Origin: Spirochaetota bacterium
Lineage (GTDB): Bacteria; Spirochaetota; UBA12135; COTS27
DNA length: 64,000 bases
Direction: 5' to 3'
Assembly: GCA_013426755.1 (NCBI GenBank)
Contig: AP019861.1
Location: 1,632,489-1,696,488 of the forward strand
The translations under genes and the position numbers were made by a program. Positions 47,720-60,000 of the stretch are shown piece after piece. How positions within the stretch are numbered: position 1 is the stretch's first letter; each line of letters begins with the position of its first letter. The notes under the pieces are model-generated. The model searched no databases. It was not told the DNA's origin and saw only the letters and a program-made list of their open reading frames with translations.

Positions 47720-50662
47720 GTGGTTGTAATGTATAAAGACCCCGATAATACGCCAGCACGAAGCCGTGTGGAAGAAACCGCATCCAAGCTCTTAAGAGAA
47801 AAGAAAATGTCCGCGTTGCCATCCAATTTAGCATCTACACAGCGAGAAAGCAATCTCTCCACCAAAACCAACCTCCCCATCAAAAAGACTCATGATAGAT
47901 TCGTACAATTAATAAAAAAATACAATGCCTATTATTATGAAAAAAGTGAACCCTTGATATCTGATCGGAAATACGATCGGTTGTTTAAACGGCTAATTGC
48001 TTTAGAAGAAAAGTATCCCCATCTCAAAACGATCGATTCACCTACAAAAACAGTCGGCTCCGCTCCAAATTTACAGAAAGGACAAAAAACCACGCACCCT
48101 ATCCGAATGCTTTCATTGGAAAATGCAATGAATGAAGCGGAATTGGAAAATTTTTTTCATAAACGTGAAAAAGACTTGGGTACAAAATTTACAGAGTACT
48201 GTGTCTCACCCAAATATGACGGACTTGCTATACAATTAGTTTATGAGCATGGAAAATTGAAATCGGCTAGTACACGAGGTGATGGAACTATTGGTGAAGA
48301 GGTTTTACACAATATTGCATTGATTGAGGCTATTCCCAAAACGCTTGCTGCGGCAGAATTGGAAACAATTGCTAAAAAGATTGAAACTACTTCTAAAACG
48401 CCTGCTACGGATAAATTATCAATAATTACTGAAAAAATTGAAACTACTTCTAATACTGAATCCACTTCTAAGACGTTTGGTGCAGATAACACTACTTCTA
48501 AAACGTCTGCTATGGATAAATTATCAATAATTACTGAAAAGATAGTGGTTAATGGTGAAATTATTATGGGGAAAGAGCATTTTGCCGAACTCAATAAGGA
48601 AATCAAAGAAAATTATGAACAGAATCTCAAAGCATACAACGAAACATTGAAACATGAAACCACAGCAATTGAAACTGCAACAACAACTAAACTAGCAGCT
48701 GCTAAACGTTCAGAGCACAACAACGTAAAAAATGAAGTATCAAAGCAGAAAAAAATCAAGAGCCTTCCCAAACTGAATCTTCTTTCAAATCCTCGTAATG
48801 CAGCAGCCGGCATTATTCGTCATCTGAATGCAGATGAAAAAAAATTGAAAAAATTACAATTCTTTGCTTACAATCTATTCGTAATAAAAAAAACAACCAA
48901 AAATATCCCCTCAACAGAAGCGAATACCCGCACTGAACCTGCTAATCTCCCCATTGAGCCTACGAATGCTTACACAAAGCCTGCGAACGCCCATAGCGAA
49001 CCTGCAGATCTCCTCACTAAGCCTACGAATACCCGCACTGAACCTGCTAATATTCCCATTGAGCCTACGAATGCTTACACAAAGCCTGCGAACGCCCATA
49101 GCGAACCTGCAAATCTCCTCACTAAGCCTACGAATACCCGCACTGAACCTGCTAATCTTCCCATTGAGCCTACGGATATTCATACTGAGACCGAATATAT
49201 CAATCCGTATTCACATTATGAAGGATTTCAAGCGCTAAACCGACTTAATTTCAATAAAAGTAATAATCACAATGCCTATTCACGTTTATGTAAGACATTG
49301 GGTATGGTAAAGGAATATTATAAAAGTATTGAAGAAAAGCGTGATGATCTTGATTTTGTATTAGATGGAGTCGTTGTAGAGATTAATAAAAATCATTATC
49401 GCAAATCCTTAGGTATTGTAGGAAAACGTCCTAGGTATGCGATTGCATTGAAATTTCCACCTGAAATCAAAGAAACGATTTTAACGGACGTTATTTTTCA
49501 AGTTGGACGAACAGGTCTTATTTCTCCTGTTGGCATCGTAGAACCGGTCACATTGTCTGGTGCGGAAGTCAGACGTGTGACGCTTCACAATAAATCTGAA
49601 ATTGACCGCCACGGCTTAAAAATAGGTGTGACGGTTAGAATCACGCGCTCAGGAGACGTCATTCCCAAAATCTTATCCGTTGTCCCAACACAACAACACA
49701 ACAAAGAAAAAACCACACCTCCCAATCAATCTATCAAAAATAAAACCACAAATAAAACCACGAATAAAACCACAATTTCCAATCAATCTATTGAAAAGGA
49801 GGCTATAAAAAATCATAAATCACAAAAAACGGTTGTTATTTCCAATCCACCTGTTTTAAAAGACATTATCTTTCCTACAAAATGTCCCGCTTGCGGATCG
49901 AAATTGACTGTTTCCGCAACGAATATTCACGTCTCATGTCCCAATTTTCAATGCAAAGCACAGCAATTAAGACGTATCGTCTATTTTGCTTCTAAACCTG
50001 CTATGAATATTGAAGGTGTCGATGAACGTCTTATCGAAGAATTGCTGGCTAAAAATCTGATCTCACAAGCCGCCGATTTATATACGCTTACTGAGGAAGA
50101 TTTATTTCAATTGGAGCGAATGGGAGAAAAACGAGTCCAAAACATCATTGCCTCAATACAAAACTCTAAACAAACAACGCTTCCTAAATTGATCTATGCT
50201 TTAGGAATTCCTAATGTCGGCGAACAAACGGCGCAATTGCTCGCTCAAACCGCTAAGTCTATCACAGCTCTATCAGCAATGAATAAAGAAACCTTAGCGT
50301 CTTTGCCTGATCTCGGTGAAATCACCGCTACCGACATCCATGACTTCTTCCTTAACTCCGCTAATCGCTTGTTTATTGAGAATCTCATTGAATTCGGTAT
50401 TAATCCCGTCTTTAAAGAACAAAATCAAAATTCACCTCTTGCCCAGAAAACAATTGTTTTTACAGGGACTTTAACAACACTACCACGACGCATTGCTAAG
50501 GAAAAGGTGATTGCCTTAGGTGGAAAGGTTGCAGCAGCTCTCTCAGCACAGACAGACTATTTAATCGCAGGAGCCAACGCAGGTAGTAAACTTAAAAAAG
50601 CACAAGCACTCAATGTAGACACGCTCACAGAAGAACAATTTCTTGCACTTATCGCTAAATAA
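47720..50662 (+). CDS. ligA: NAD-dependent DNA ligase with large insertions (true start may be a later ATG)
   Basis: YYE...ISDRKYD, HPIRMLSLEN, adenylation KYDG, NPRNAAAG, DGVVVE, PRYAIALKF, VGRTG, RSGDVIP, C4 Zn finger, HhH, BRCT (IVFTGTL...AGSKLKKA). Confidence 0.97.
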   Translation: MVVMYKDPDNTPARSRVEETASKLLREKKMSALPSNLASTQRESNLSTKTNLPIKKTHDRFVQLIKKYNAYYYEKSEPLISDRKYDRLFKRLIALEEKYPHLKTIDSPTKTVGSAPNLQKGQKTTHPIRMLSLENAMNEAELENFFHKREKDLGTKFTEYCVSPKYDGLAIQLVYEHGKLKSASTRGDGTIGEEVLHNIALIEAIPKTLAAAELETIAKKIETTSKTPATDKLSIITEKIETTSNTESTSKTFGADNTTSKTSAMDKLSIITEKIVVNGEIIMGKEHFAELNKEIKENYEQNLKAYNETLKHETTAIETATTTKLAAAKRSEHNNVKNEVSKQKKIKSLPKLNLLSNPRNAAAGIIRHLNADEKKLKKLQFFAYNLFVIKKTTKNIPSTEANTRTEPANLPIEPTNAYTKPANAHSEPADLLTKPTNTRTEPANIPIEPTNAYTKPANAHSEPANLLTKPTNTRTEPANLPIEPTDIHTETEYINPYSHYEGFQALNRLNFNKSNNHNAYSRLCKTLGMVKEYYKSIEEKRDDLDFVLDGVVVEINKNHYRKSLGIVGKRPRYAIALKFPPEIKETILTDVIFQVGRTGLISPVGIVEPVTLSGAEVRRVTLHNKSEIDRHGLKIGVTVRITRSGDVIPKILSVVPTQQHNKEKTTPPNQSIKNKTTNKTTNKTTISNQSIEKEAIKNHKSQKTVVISNPPVLKDIIFPTKCPACGSKLTVSATNIHVSCPNFQCKAQQLRRIVYFASKPAMNIEGVDERLIEELLAKNLISQAADLYTLTEEDLFQLERMGEKRVQNIIASIQNSKQTTLPKLIYALGIPNVGEQTAQLLAQTAKSITALSAMNKETLASLPDLGEITATDIHDFFLNSANRLFIENLIEFGINPVFKEQNQNSPLAQKTIVFTGTLTTLPRRIAKEKVIALGGKVAAALSAQTDYLIAGANAGSKLKKAQALNVDTLTEEQFLALIAK
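48921..49188 (+). repeat. In-frame 105-bp (5 x 21-bp) tandem repeat inside ligA
   Basis: cgaatacccgcactgaacctgctaat at 48921, 49026 and 49131; encodes NTRTEPANLPIEPTNAYTKPANAHSEPA.LLTKPT. Confidence 0.92.
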
Positions 50663-50865
50663 GCATCCTAAGTGTACCCCAATCATCCTAAGTATGCAAT
50701 CCTAAGTACCCCAATCATCCTAAAGATACCTACCTAATGCTTAAATGTCCTAATATTCAATTATTCAACTATTTAATATTCAATTGACTGCTACCAGCAA
50801 TTGATCGACTTTTGCCACTATTATTTCACTCACCCACTCACTAGTAGTACTGCGTTCATCAAATT

Positions 50866-51086
50866 TTATCTATCACTACTATTCTATTCATCACTACTAT
50901 TCTATTCACCGATACTATTCTATTCATCACTACTATTCTATTCACCGATACTATTCCATTCATCACTACTGTTCTATTTATCAATAGTATTCTATTCACC
51001 GCTACTATTCTATTTAATCGCCACTATTCTATTCATCAATAGTATTCCATTCACCGCTACTATTCCATTCATCAATGGCATTCCAC
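50866..51086. repeat. 18-bp minisatellite, ~12 copies
   Basis: ctattctattcatcacta / ctattctattcaccgata units. Confidence 0.88.
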
Positions 51087-51163
51087 TTATAAATTAATCC
51101 CTATAAGGAAAACTCTTTCATCGTATAATTAATAGAGCTATCTTTGTCACGATTGTCTTTGTC

Positions 51164-53158
51164 ATGAATTCCCCCGCGTCCGCCACATTTAAAAAAAACC
51201 TGCTCAGCTGGGTGAAATCTATACTTCTTACCCTTCTCTCCGTTGTCTTATTAACACTCAGTTTTCCAAATTTCAACGGTTTTTACTTAGCTTTTATAGC
51301 ACTTGTACCCTTATTTATTATCATTGAACGAAAGAGTTTTCTGCAGGCGTTATTTTGTCTCGAGTTGTTCGTTGTATTATTTTATGGCTATTTGATGTGG
51401 TGGGTAGATATTTTTCATCCGCTTGCTCTACCTGGTCTTATTTTTTATTTATGCCTCATTTATGTGGTCCCGTTTGCTATTTACCGCGCTATTCGAGGCC
51501 GCTACACTCATGTTTACGACCCACTTCTTCTTGCCATTCTTTTTACGTTGTTAGAATACGCCAGAGGACTCGGATTTCCACGATTCCAATATGGAGCGAT
51601 TGCTTACAGTCAATACTCCTTCCTTCCATTCATTCAAATAAGTGAAATTACAGGATTCTTAGGTGTATCATTCCTACTCTACCTCACCAATAGCTTTATC
51701 GCTCATCTCTTATCACAATTAGAACGACTTGAACTGAAAGCAAAAGTACATTTCAAATCGTTATTGGGTGCATTTTCTTATATATTTTTCAATCGTATCT
51801 GGATTATCATCATTATTCTCTCATTGAATCTCATATACGGATTTACGCGCCTCAATCAAATTCGTCAATCGACACCACAAGAACAAAAACCCTTTAACGC
51901 CACTCTCATTCAACCCTGGTTTGATTACAATATCACTGAAAATAGACTTCCAATTCTAACGCAAAAACTCTTTAAAATCACAGAAGCAAGTCTCCATATA
52001 TCCAACGAAACTTCCATTTCTGATCCATTATCCACCCCAGATAATAATCTCACACCCACCGATCCCACTACTTCTGAAAATACCCCACCTCCCCCCCAAA
52101 AAAACAATCTCCCACCCCCCGATGACAACCCCAATCATAAATCGCAAAAAAATATTCCTGATCTCATCGTCTGGCCAGAAAGTGCCATAGACGTTTATTA
52201 TAAATATGAACTTGATAACATTATTCCCAATAAAGAAACCCTATCTAGCCCCACAGCCGCCTATACAAAAGCCATTTACGACTTCCTAAGAACACTAGGC
52301 GCCCAATACAATACCACTTTCTTAGCGGGAGGATTTAGCCTTGAACCGATCACTAAAATTGTTACCAAATCCACTCCGTCGTCCTCACCAGAAGACGAGC
52401 CAGCAACCCCTACTTCACCCGATCAAAACGATCTAGAAACCACTGCGCCTGATGACGTTTCCAAATTAAAAAATCCAGAACTTGAGACCATTACGATTGG
52501 ATACGAAAAATACAACGCCGCTCTGCTCATCGATACAAATGGACTCGTTTCAGACTGGAGTGGCAAAGTGCACCTCGTACCCTTTGCAGAATATTTCCCA
52601 TACACGCATATTCTTGAAAAATTCCCCTTTCTCCACCAAGTCCTAAAAGAAGCCCGCGCCAGCCAATTCACTCCTTACAACCAATATAAAGTCTTCGATC
52701 ACAACAACGTTCCCTTTTCAGTTCTTATTTGCTATGACGACACTTTCTCTGATCTCAGTCGAACATTCACCATTGCAGGAGCACAATTTCTTATTGTCAT
52801 CACTAATGACGCCTGGAGCTACTCAGAACGATCGCAAAACATCCATTACGCTTTTAGCCTATTTAGAGCAATTGAAAATAGACGCCCCATTCTACGCGTA
52901 GGTAACGCAGGCGTCACAGCTCTCATTGACCCACAAGGACGCGCCCATCACTCGCTCCCCATGTTTGAGGAAGGATTTGCTTCCGTCTCTTTCTATCCAC
53001 AGTCTAATGTGACGTTTTTTACATCTTTTGGAGATTGGTTTATTTTCCTGCTGGCATTTGTTCTGATTCTCTTTGTTGCGCCTTTTACGATTTCTCGCTA
53101 TTTCATAGGACTCTTGCCCCGTATAATAAAGCTGTTCTCACCTAAAAAACAACGCTAG
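51164..53158 (+). CDS. lnt: Apolipoprotein N-acyltransferase
   Basis: Multi-TM N-terminus; nitrilase triad motifs IVWPESA, GKVHLVPFAE, LICYDD; also ITNDAW, FRAIENRRPILRVGNAG. Confidence 0.95.
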   Translation: MNSPASATFKKNLLSWVKSILLTLLSVVLLTLSFPNFNGFYLAFIALVPLFIIIERKSFLQALFCLELFVVLFYGYLMWWVDIFHPLALPGLIFYLCLIYVVPFAIYRAIRGRYTHVYDPLLLAILFTLLEYARGLGFPRFQYGAIAYSQYSFLPFIQISEITGFLGVSFLLYLTNSFIAHLLSQLERLELKAKVHFKSLLGAFSYIFFNRIWIIIIILSLNLIYGFTRLNQIRQSTPQEQKPFNATLIQPWFDYNITENRLPILTQKLFKITEASLHISNETSISDPLSTPDNNLTPTDPTTSENTPPPPQKNNLPPPDDNPNHKSQKNIPDLIVWPESAIDVYYKYELDNIIPNKETLSSPTAAYTKAIYDFLRTLGAQYNTTFLAGGFSLEPITKIVTKSTPSSSPEDEPATPTSPDQNDLETTAPDDVSKLKNPELETITIGYEKYNAALLIDTNGLVSDWSGKVHLVPFAEYFPYTHILEKFPFLHQVLKEARASQFTPYNQYKVFDHNNVPFSVLICYDDTFSDLSRTFTIAGAQFLIVITNDAWSYSERSQNIHYAFSLFRAIENRRPILRVGNAGVTALIDPQGRAHHSLPMFEEGFASVSFYPQSNVTFFTSFGDWFIFLLAFVLILFVAPFTISRYFIGLLPRIIKLFSPKKQR

Positions 53159-54007
53159 CCTTCACTTCCAGACCTTCACATTACTTCGGTCTTCTTATCT
53201 TATCCCCTTCATATAACGGATTAAATAGCCCATCACCAGCAACTAAGCACCTCCACTCTCTGCTTGCTACAGCAAAATCGCTCCGCTAAGCTCCTCACAT
53301 CACTTCTAAAAAATCTCTTACTGATAAGGGACGCTGCACTAAGACGCACTAGCCTAACCATTGGCTAAAACGCACACTCCCAGTTCTCATCTTTGACACG
53401 CAGCACGACTGATTTAGAATCTTTTTGATATTTCTAAATTGGTGCTGTGCATTCTCAACGCTAAGCGTAACTCAAAATTATTTTCTTAACATTCTGCTAT
53501 TTATTTATTAATACAACTAACATAATGAGGAACTAGATTGTCTTCATTGCCTTACGTATCACAGGCTCGTATAGACAATATAACACAGGTAAAATATGAA
53601 AGGATTTTTAAAGCTTTTTTTCTTATAAACCTCTATTTATTAGATAAAAACAATTGTCTTATCTTAAACCTTAACCATTTTGCTTTAATAATTGAACTTT
53701 ATCTAACAAAATCACTCATGCACTACGCTCGTAAAATCTTTAGTTTTATTTACATATGAAATCACTTCTACCCTGATCTAATCATCTAGTATCTTATCCA
53801 GATCCTAATACCCCCCTTAAAAGACACTTAGCCCCCTGTAAAAAACTTCTGTCTCTTTTTAGCATGTCTATCATGAACGTTCTATCCCCCCCTATTCGTA
53901 ACGTCATAACGAATACCCTAGCATACATTGGAGACATTGGAGACATTAGAGACATTAAAAACAGCTCAGCCACTAGCCACTTACCTTTTATCAATATCCG
54001 CTTTTTA

Positions 54008-57000
54008 ATGATAGGGGTTCGTAGCTTTATTTCTTTACTCGCTGGCATTCTCTTTGTTTCGTTACTCATTCAGTGTGGTCCTGCTGCAAAAATTTCTGAA
54101 CCAACCCTTAGCCAAGATAAGACAGCCATTGATCTTATCATGCAGGTCTATGATCCTAAGGACCCCGACGCCCTTATCCTAGAAAGCGAGCCTATTCTAG
54201 CCAATAGAGAAGACAATAAAGATGTTATCATTCCTTTTTGCTTAGAAGACTACACGCTCACCCCCCGTGTCGTTGTCAATCAACCCTCCGATACACCCAT
54301 AGAAAACGTTATCTTTGAAGAAGAGGTGACCATTGCTATTGATAGCGACCTCTCCGATTCGCTAACAAGGACCGCTTCAGGCTTTTTTCGTCAAGTTTAC
54401 CACCTCGTTTATCCCGAAGAATTTAATTTTACTTATCTATTTAACGTTGTCATTTCATGCGCCCCAGCCCTTCACATCAGTTTTAAAGATTTTAGTCTAC
54501 CAGAAAATTTAGACAGTACGGTCGTTGATAACAAACTTTTATTAAATCCGCAAACTTCTTCCTCAGTCGCTCCAGAAATCACTCTAAATCCATGTCTTAC
54601 TTATATTCCAACGTTAACTTACTTTGAAGCCGAGCAAGAGTCTTCTGATATTTCTATCCGTTTGCTAGACACCTCAGACCCCGTTGATATCTCTAAGCCC
54701 GGTGTTTATAAGCAATTTTACGCCATCACCAATGCCTATGAATACAGCACGGTCTATCAATTTAATATCAAAATCCAGCCATGCCCACCCCAACTTACTA
54801 TTACACTTCAAGACGTTAATAGTGAGATAATTGATCTAAACAATGATCAAAGTCCAGATCATAGCCTCACCATCACTTATAGCGAAACGCCTCCTAATGA
54901 CCCCTTGACGCTCAGCGTCCCTGCCTGCGCTCCCTATAATCCACTACTCACTTATCGTGAAAATACGATCGTTCAAACTACAGGATTTACGCTTACAAAA
55001 AATACCGATCTTCCCGTAGTCGATCCGAATACACCAGCTAGCTACCCACAGAGTATTACCGTATCCTATGATGATGCTAATGAAAGCAATATCACTTTTA
55101 ATTTCAACGTCATAACCGTTTCATGCGCTCCCACCCTCGCCCTTACTCTCATCAATGAATACGATCTTCCCATAGATTACGATCAGAACCAAGAACCCGA
55201 TTATAGCCTAACTCTCACCACCACCCCAGACATGTCCATGCCGCTCATCAGTCTGCCCCCGCCACAAAAAGAACCCGATCCGCCAGTCCCTACTCTTTCC
55301 GTGCCTATCTGTGAGCAATACAGTCCCAATTTTATTTACTATGAAAATGCTATTGCACCTCCTGCTACAAGCACTGTCTCTACGAACCTCTCTACTATCA
55401 CGCCCAATATGTACGCAGCAGGAGATTATCTGCAGACCCATCACGTCACAAATGCCTACGGCATTATCACTTCATACGCATTTATCCTAACGGTCACAAA
55501 TACTAATTCCGCTTGTAGTGATACTCTTAGAATCACCCTCAATGACACATTAGACAATCCCATCATTCCTTCAGATTCATCAACACCACTTATTTTCGTC
55601 ATCTATCCCAATTCCCCTGCAAACGAGATTACCCTGCCAGCCTGTGCTCCTTACAATCCCAGTTTCAACGTTCTAGTCAATAATAACCCCTCTCCAAATA
55701 TAGCTGTTTCAGACAATACCCTCACTTCATCAGTTGCCCCATTCTCACCAGGCCGCTACGATCAGTCTCACACCACAACCGACTCCTCAGGACAAATAAC
55801 AACGTACTTATTCTCCGTCGTCACACTTCCATGCAGTCCAACGCTCAATCTTTCTCTAATTAATAACAGTAACAGTAATATTAATGATGACTCTAATAGT
55901 AATTACCAATACACCCTCCTTCCTACCATTGCTTCCAATGCCACGAATAATATTGCTTTTCCAAATTGTGCTAGCTACAGACCCACATTCACCTATGTAG
56001 AAAACGCTATCACCATTCCCTCAGCAATTATTAAAGATACTTCCTTAAACCCTGTCAATCATACCCCAGGTGCCTACGTACAAAATATTGTCGCCACCAA
56101 TCATTACGGAGTAAAGTTTGAATTCTCGTTCCAAGTTATCATTCCAGCTTGCCGTTCACAATTAGAAATTACCCTGCTCACCCCCGTTAATAATACGCCC
56201 ATTGATCTAAACCAAGACAATACTCCAGATCACACCTACCTCATCGAACGCAATGACACGATCACGCTTCCACCGTGTAGCCCTTATGAACCACAATTTG
56301 CTTATCTCGAGAACAATCAACGCATTACAATTTTTTCAATCGCCACAAATAATTCACCCGCCATTGATCTTTACAATGCAGCCACATATCCTCAGGAGTA
56401 CGTCATCACCAATGCTAAGAACTTACCCATTAACTTTAATTTCAATGTTATTGTTCCACCATGCGTACAAAATCTTAGCCTCACACTTAATGACTTTAAC
56501 GGTAACCTCATTGATCTAGACCAAGACAGCACCGGCGATTATAAATACAACATCTCTCCGCAAACGACGTCTTCAATCAAACTTCCATTGTGCGCCCCTT
56601 ATGATCCTAATCTTACCTACCTAGAAAACGCCACCCCCAATGCGCTAGCAGAGATAAGTTCTAATACAGAGAGCCCTGTCATTGCTAGTCAAGCAGGAAA
56701 TTATTTACAAAAACATACCATTACCAATGAACTAGGACGGATAACTCCTTTCACGTTCACTATAGACGTCGAAAGCTGTCTTCAGACACTTCACATCACA
56801 TTATTGAACGTTGATAAAACAGCTCCTCTGGCAGGTATTTCCACGACCCTAATCACGGAAGCGCAAAATCAAACGATAATCATACCGCCCTGCGCTCCTT
56901 ATCACCCCACTTTAGCTTATTATGAAAACGATATAAAACGTTCAAGTGCTACCATCAGTACAAATCTTCTATCACAGACTATTGACACCAATGCGCCTGC

Positions 57001-60000
57001 TACCGTACCCCAACAACACTCCGTCACCAATGCCCTTGGCCAGCGACTTAGTTTTAACTTTAACGTTACCATTCAATCATGTGCCTCTTCATTACAAGTA
57101 TTACTTCTCAACGACGATAATACCCCCATCAACTATGAACCTATTTTTACTACTGATGCTGCAAGCACCCATAACTCTCTCACCCTCCCCGCCTGCGCTC
57201 CGTATAATCCTGATTTCCGCTACTATGAAAATAATGCCCTAATACCCGTTACCGTTTCTCCTAACCGCGCCGCTATTCCTATTGATGCCAACATAGCAGC
57301 CACAAATTATACAGAAATTCGCGACCTCACCAATGAAGCAGGTACAGTCACACGCTTTACTTTTAACGTTACAGTCCAGCCCTGTAACGAAGAGTTTCTT
57401 ATCACTTTTAGAGACGCTGCGGATAATTCGATTGATATTGCTATTATTCCTGTCAATGCCGCCTCACCGCCTACTATCTCACTTCCTCCATGCTCAGGCT
57501 ACAATCCTACCCTTGTTTACCAAATAAACGGGACGACTTACTTCTCTATCGACATTGGTTCAAATCTCTTAAATCCTGTCATTCCCACCACACCAGCAAC
57601 TTACCCACAGCGCTACACTTTCAATAATCCTTTCAATAAGTCCCATACAACCCAATTCAATATCCTCGTTCCATCCTGTAATACAATCCTCCAACTCACC
57701 CTACTTACCGAAGAGAACCTCCCACTCCAAAATATCGATCCTTATGATATAGCCCTCAATAATACGCCTACGATTACTCTTCCTGCCTGCACACCTTATA
57801 ACACAAGATTCGCATACCTTGAAGACAATGCTATCATCAATGCTGCGACAATTACTGAGAATCTAACGTCTCAGCCCATTAACCCCGATATATCCGCCAC
57901 CACACCACAGCAACATTCTGTCACCAACGCCTTTGGACAAGTTTTCACCTTCAACTTCAATATCACCACACAACCTTGTAGTTCCACCCTTCACATTATT
58001 CTCAATACCGACGATAATAATCCTATACCCTACGAACCTAAGCTCACCATTACTAGCGGCAGTACCCATAATAATACCCTCACACTTCCTATCTGTGCCC
58101 CATATAACCCGTCTTTCCAATACTACCAGAATAACAACCTCCTGCCGATAACTGTTTCCTCTAATCTTTCTGGTTATCCTATTGATTCCAGTACGCCTGC
58201 CACAGATTATATAGAAATTCGTGATGTTACCAATGACTTAGGTATCATTACACGGTTCACTTTTAATGTTACAGTCCAGCCTTGCAATGAAGAACTTTTC
58301 ATCACTTTTAACGACGCTGCTAATAATCTCATTGATACTGCCACTATTGATCTCACTGCAGATTCACCACCAAATATCTCTCTCGTTCCATGTTCGGGGT
58401 ACAATCCTACCCTTATTTACCGAATAAACGGTACAAATGTTCAGTCTGTTGTTATTGGCAGCAATCTACTAAGTCCTGTCATTCCTACTACGCCAGGGAC
58501 CTATCCACAGCGCTATACTTTTAATAATCCTTTTAATAAATCTCATACAACTCAGTTCAATATCATTGTTACTCCCTGCAGCCAGACCCTAAGAGTAAGT
58601 TTCTCCACAGCAGCAACCAATCCTATCACCAATACAGAATATCACTACGTAACGCCCCAAGAAACACCAACAATTACGCTCCCTCCCTGTACACTCTATA
58701 ATCCTTCTTTCGCCTACTTCGAAAACAATCTACCGCTCAGTCCTGATCCTGTTATCAGCGCTAATCTCACAACAAATAACATAGACCCTTATACATTAGC
58801 TACAACCCTACAACAACACACCGTTACCAATCATTTCAAACAAGTCATAACGTTTAATCTAAACATCAAAGTAGAGCCCTGTCCAGCAACCATTCAAATT
58901 TCACTACTGGCAGAAGACAATTCTATTATTAACTCCAATGAAATTCCAACCATACCGCTTAATGTCAGCGACACGACGCTTAATATTCCAGCCTGCGCCC
59001 CCTATTTACCCCAATTTACTTACGCTGAAGGACCACAATCTTTACAACCCGCCATCAGTGAGAATTTGGCAGCGACCACCGTTTCTACCAATAATCCAGG
59101 AACTTATACTGAAATTCGCAATTTCACCAATAATAACGGATTCGTCACACAATTTAGATACTATGTCATTATTTCCGCATGCACAGAAACCATACAAATT
59201 GTCTTTCGTAATGGAATTGATAATGCCGCCATCACCACAGTATCTTTCACCATTGACAATTCTGTTAATAATATCTCACTTCCAGCTTGTGCTCCTTATA
59301 ATCCCCTCATCTCATATTTTGTAAATGGAATAGAATTGAGTAGCATAGACATAGAAGTAGATATTCTCTCGCAATCTCCTATTGATTCTACTTTGGCAGG
59401 GACTTATTTGCAGCGCCTCCAGTTCACAAACACCTTTGGCAAACCTGTTACAGCAGATTTCAATCTCATTGTTCCACCTTGTAATAACAGCCTAAATCTT
59501 ACTTTAATCGGAAATGATAATTTCCCACTCCCAGGTCTAGCTTCCAATCCTATTGTTATCACGCGAACGACAGTACCAACAATTGAAATTCCTCCCTGCA
59601 CCGCCTATAACCCCGAATTTAAATATCATGAAGACAATATATATTTTTCTGACATCACAGTCAGTACCGAACTGCTCGGCAATGCCATCACTCCTAATTC
59701 CATTGGAACTACGCTCCAACGACACAGTCTAACCAATCGTTATGGCAATGTTTATACATTTGATTTCAACATCACAACACAAGCCTGCACATCTTCTATT
59801 AAAATATTTCTCCTAGCAGAAGATAATTCCATCATTAATAGCAATGATTCCCCTACAATTACGGTCGGAACGAACAATACAACCCTCAATCTTCCAGCCT
59901 GTTCACCTTATTTGCCCCAATTCACGTATTTTGAAGCAGGAGAAACCCTACAGACAACCATCAGTGAAAACCTAGCCACTATTCCTGTAAATACTAATAT

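Noticed and set aside
48350-49860. Inteins in ligA
   Set aside because: Inserts are low-complexity repeats without intein terminal or endonuclease motifs.
50801-51097. 98-aa hydrophobic ORF (LLFYSS repeats)
   Set aside because: Translation of an 18-bp minisatellite with a TTG start and no supporting signal.
53159-53600. Possible ncRNA between lnt and the giant ORF
   Set aside because: No recognisable tRNA, tmRNA, RNase P or riboswitch motif; only a weak minus-strand extended -10 near 53577.
53756-53776. ATG AAA TCA CTT CTA CCC TGA in frame with the giant ORF, hinting at TGA read-through or recoding
   Set aside because: TGA ends paralogs 5, 6, 7, 10 and 13 at the same position where others use TAA or TAG, so it is a true stop.
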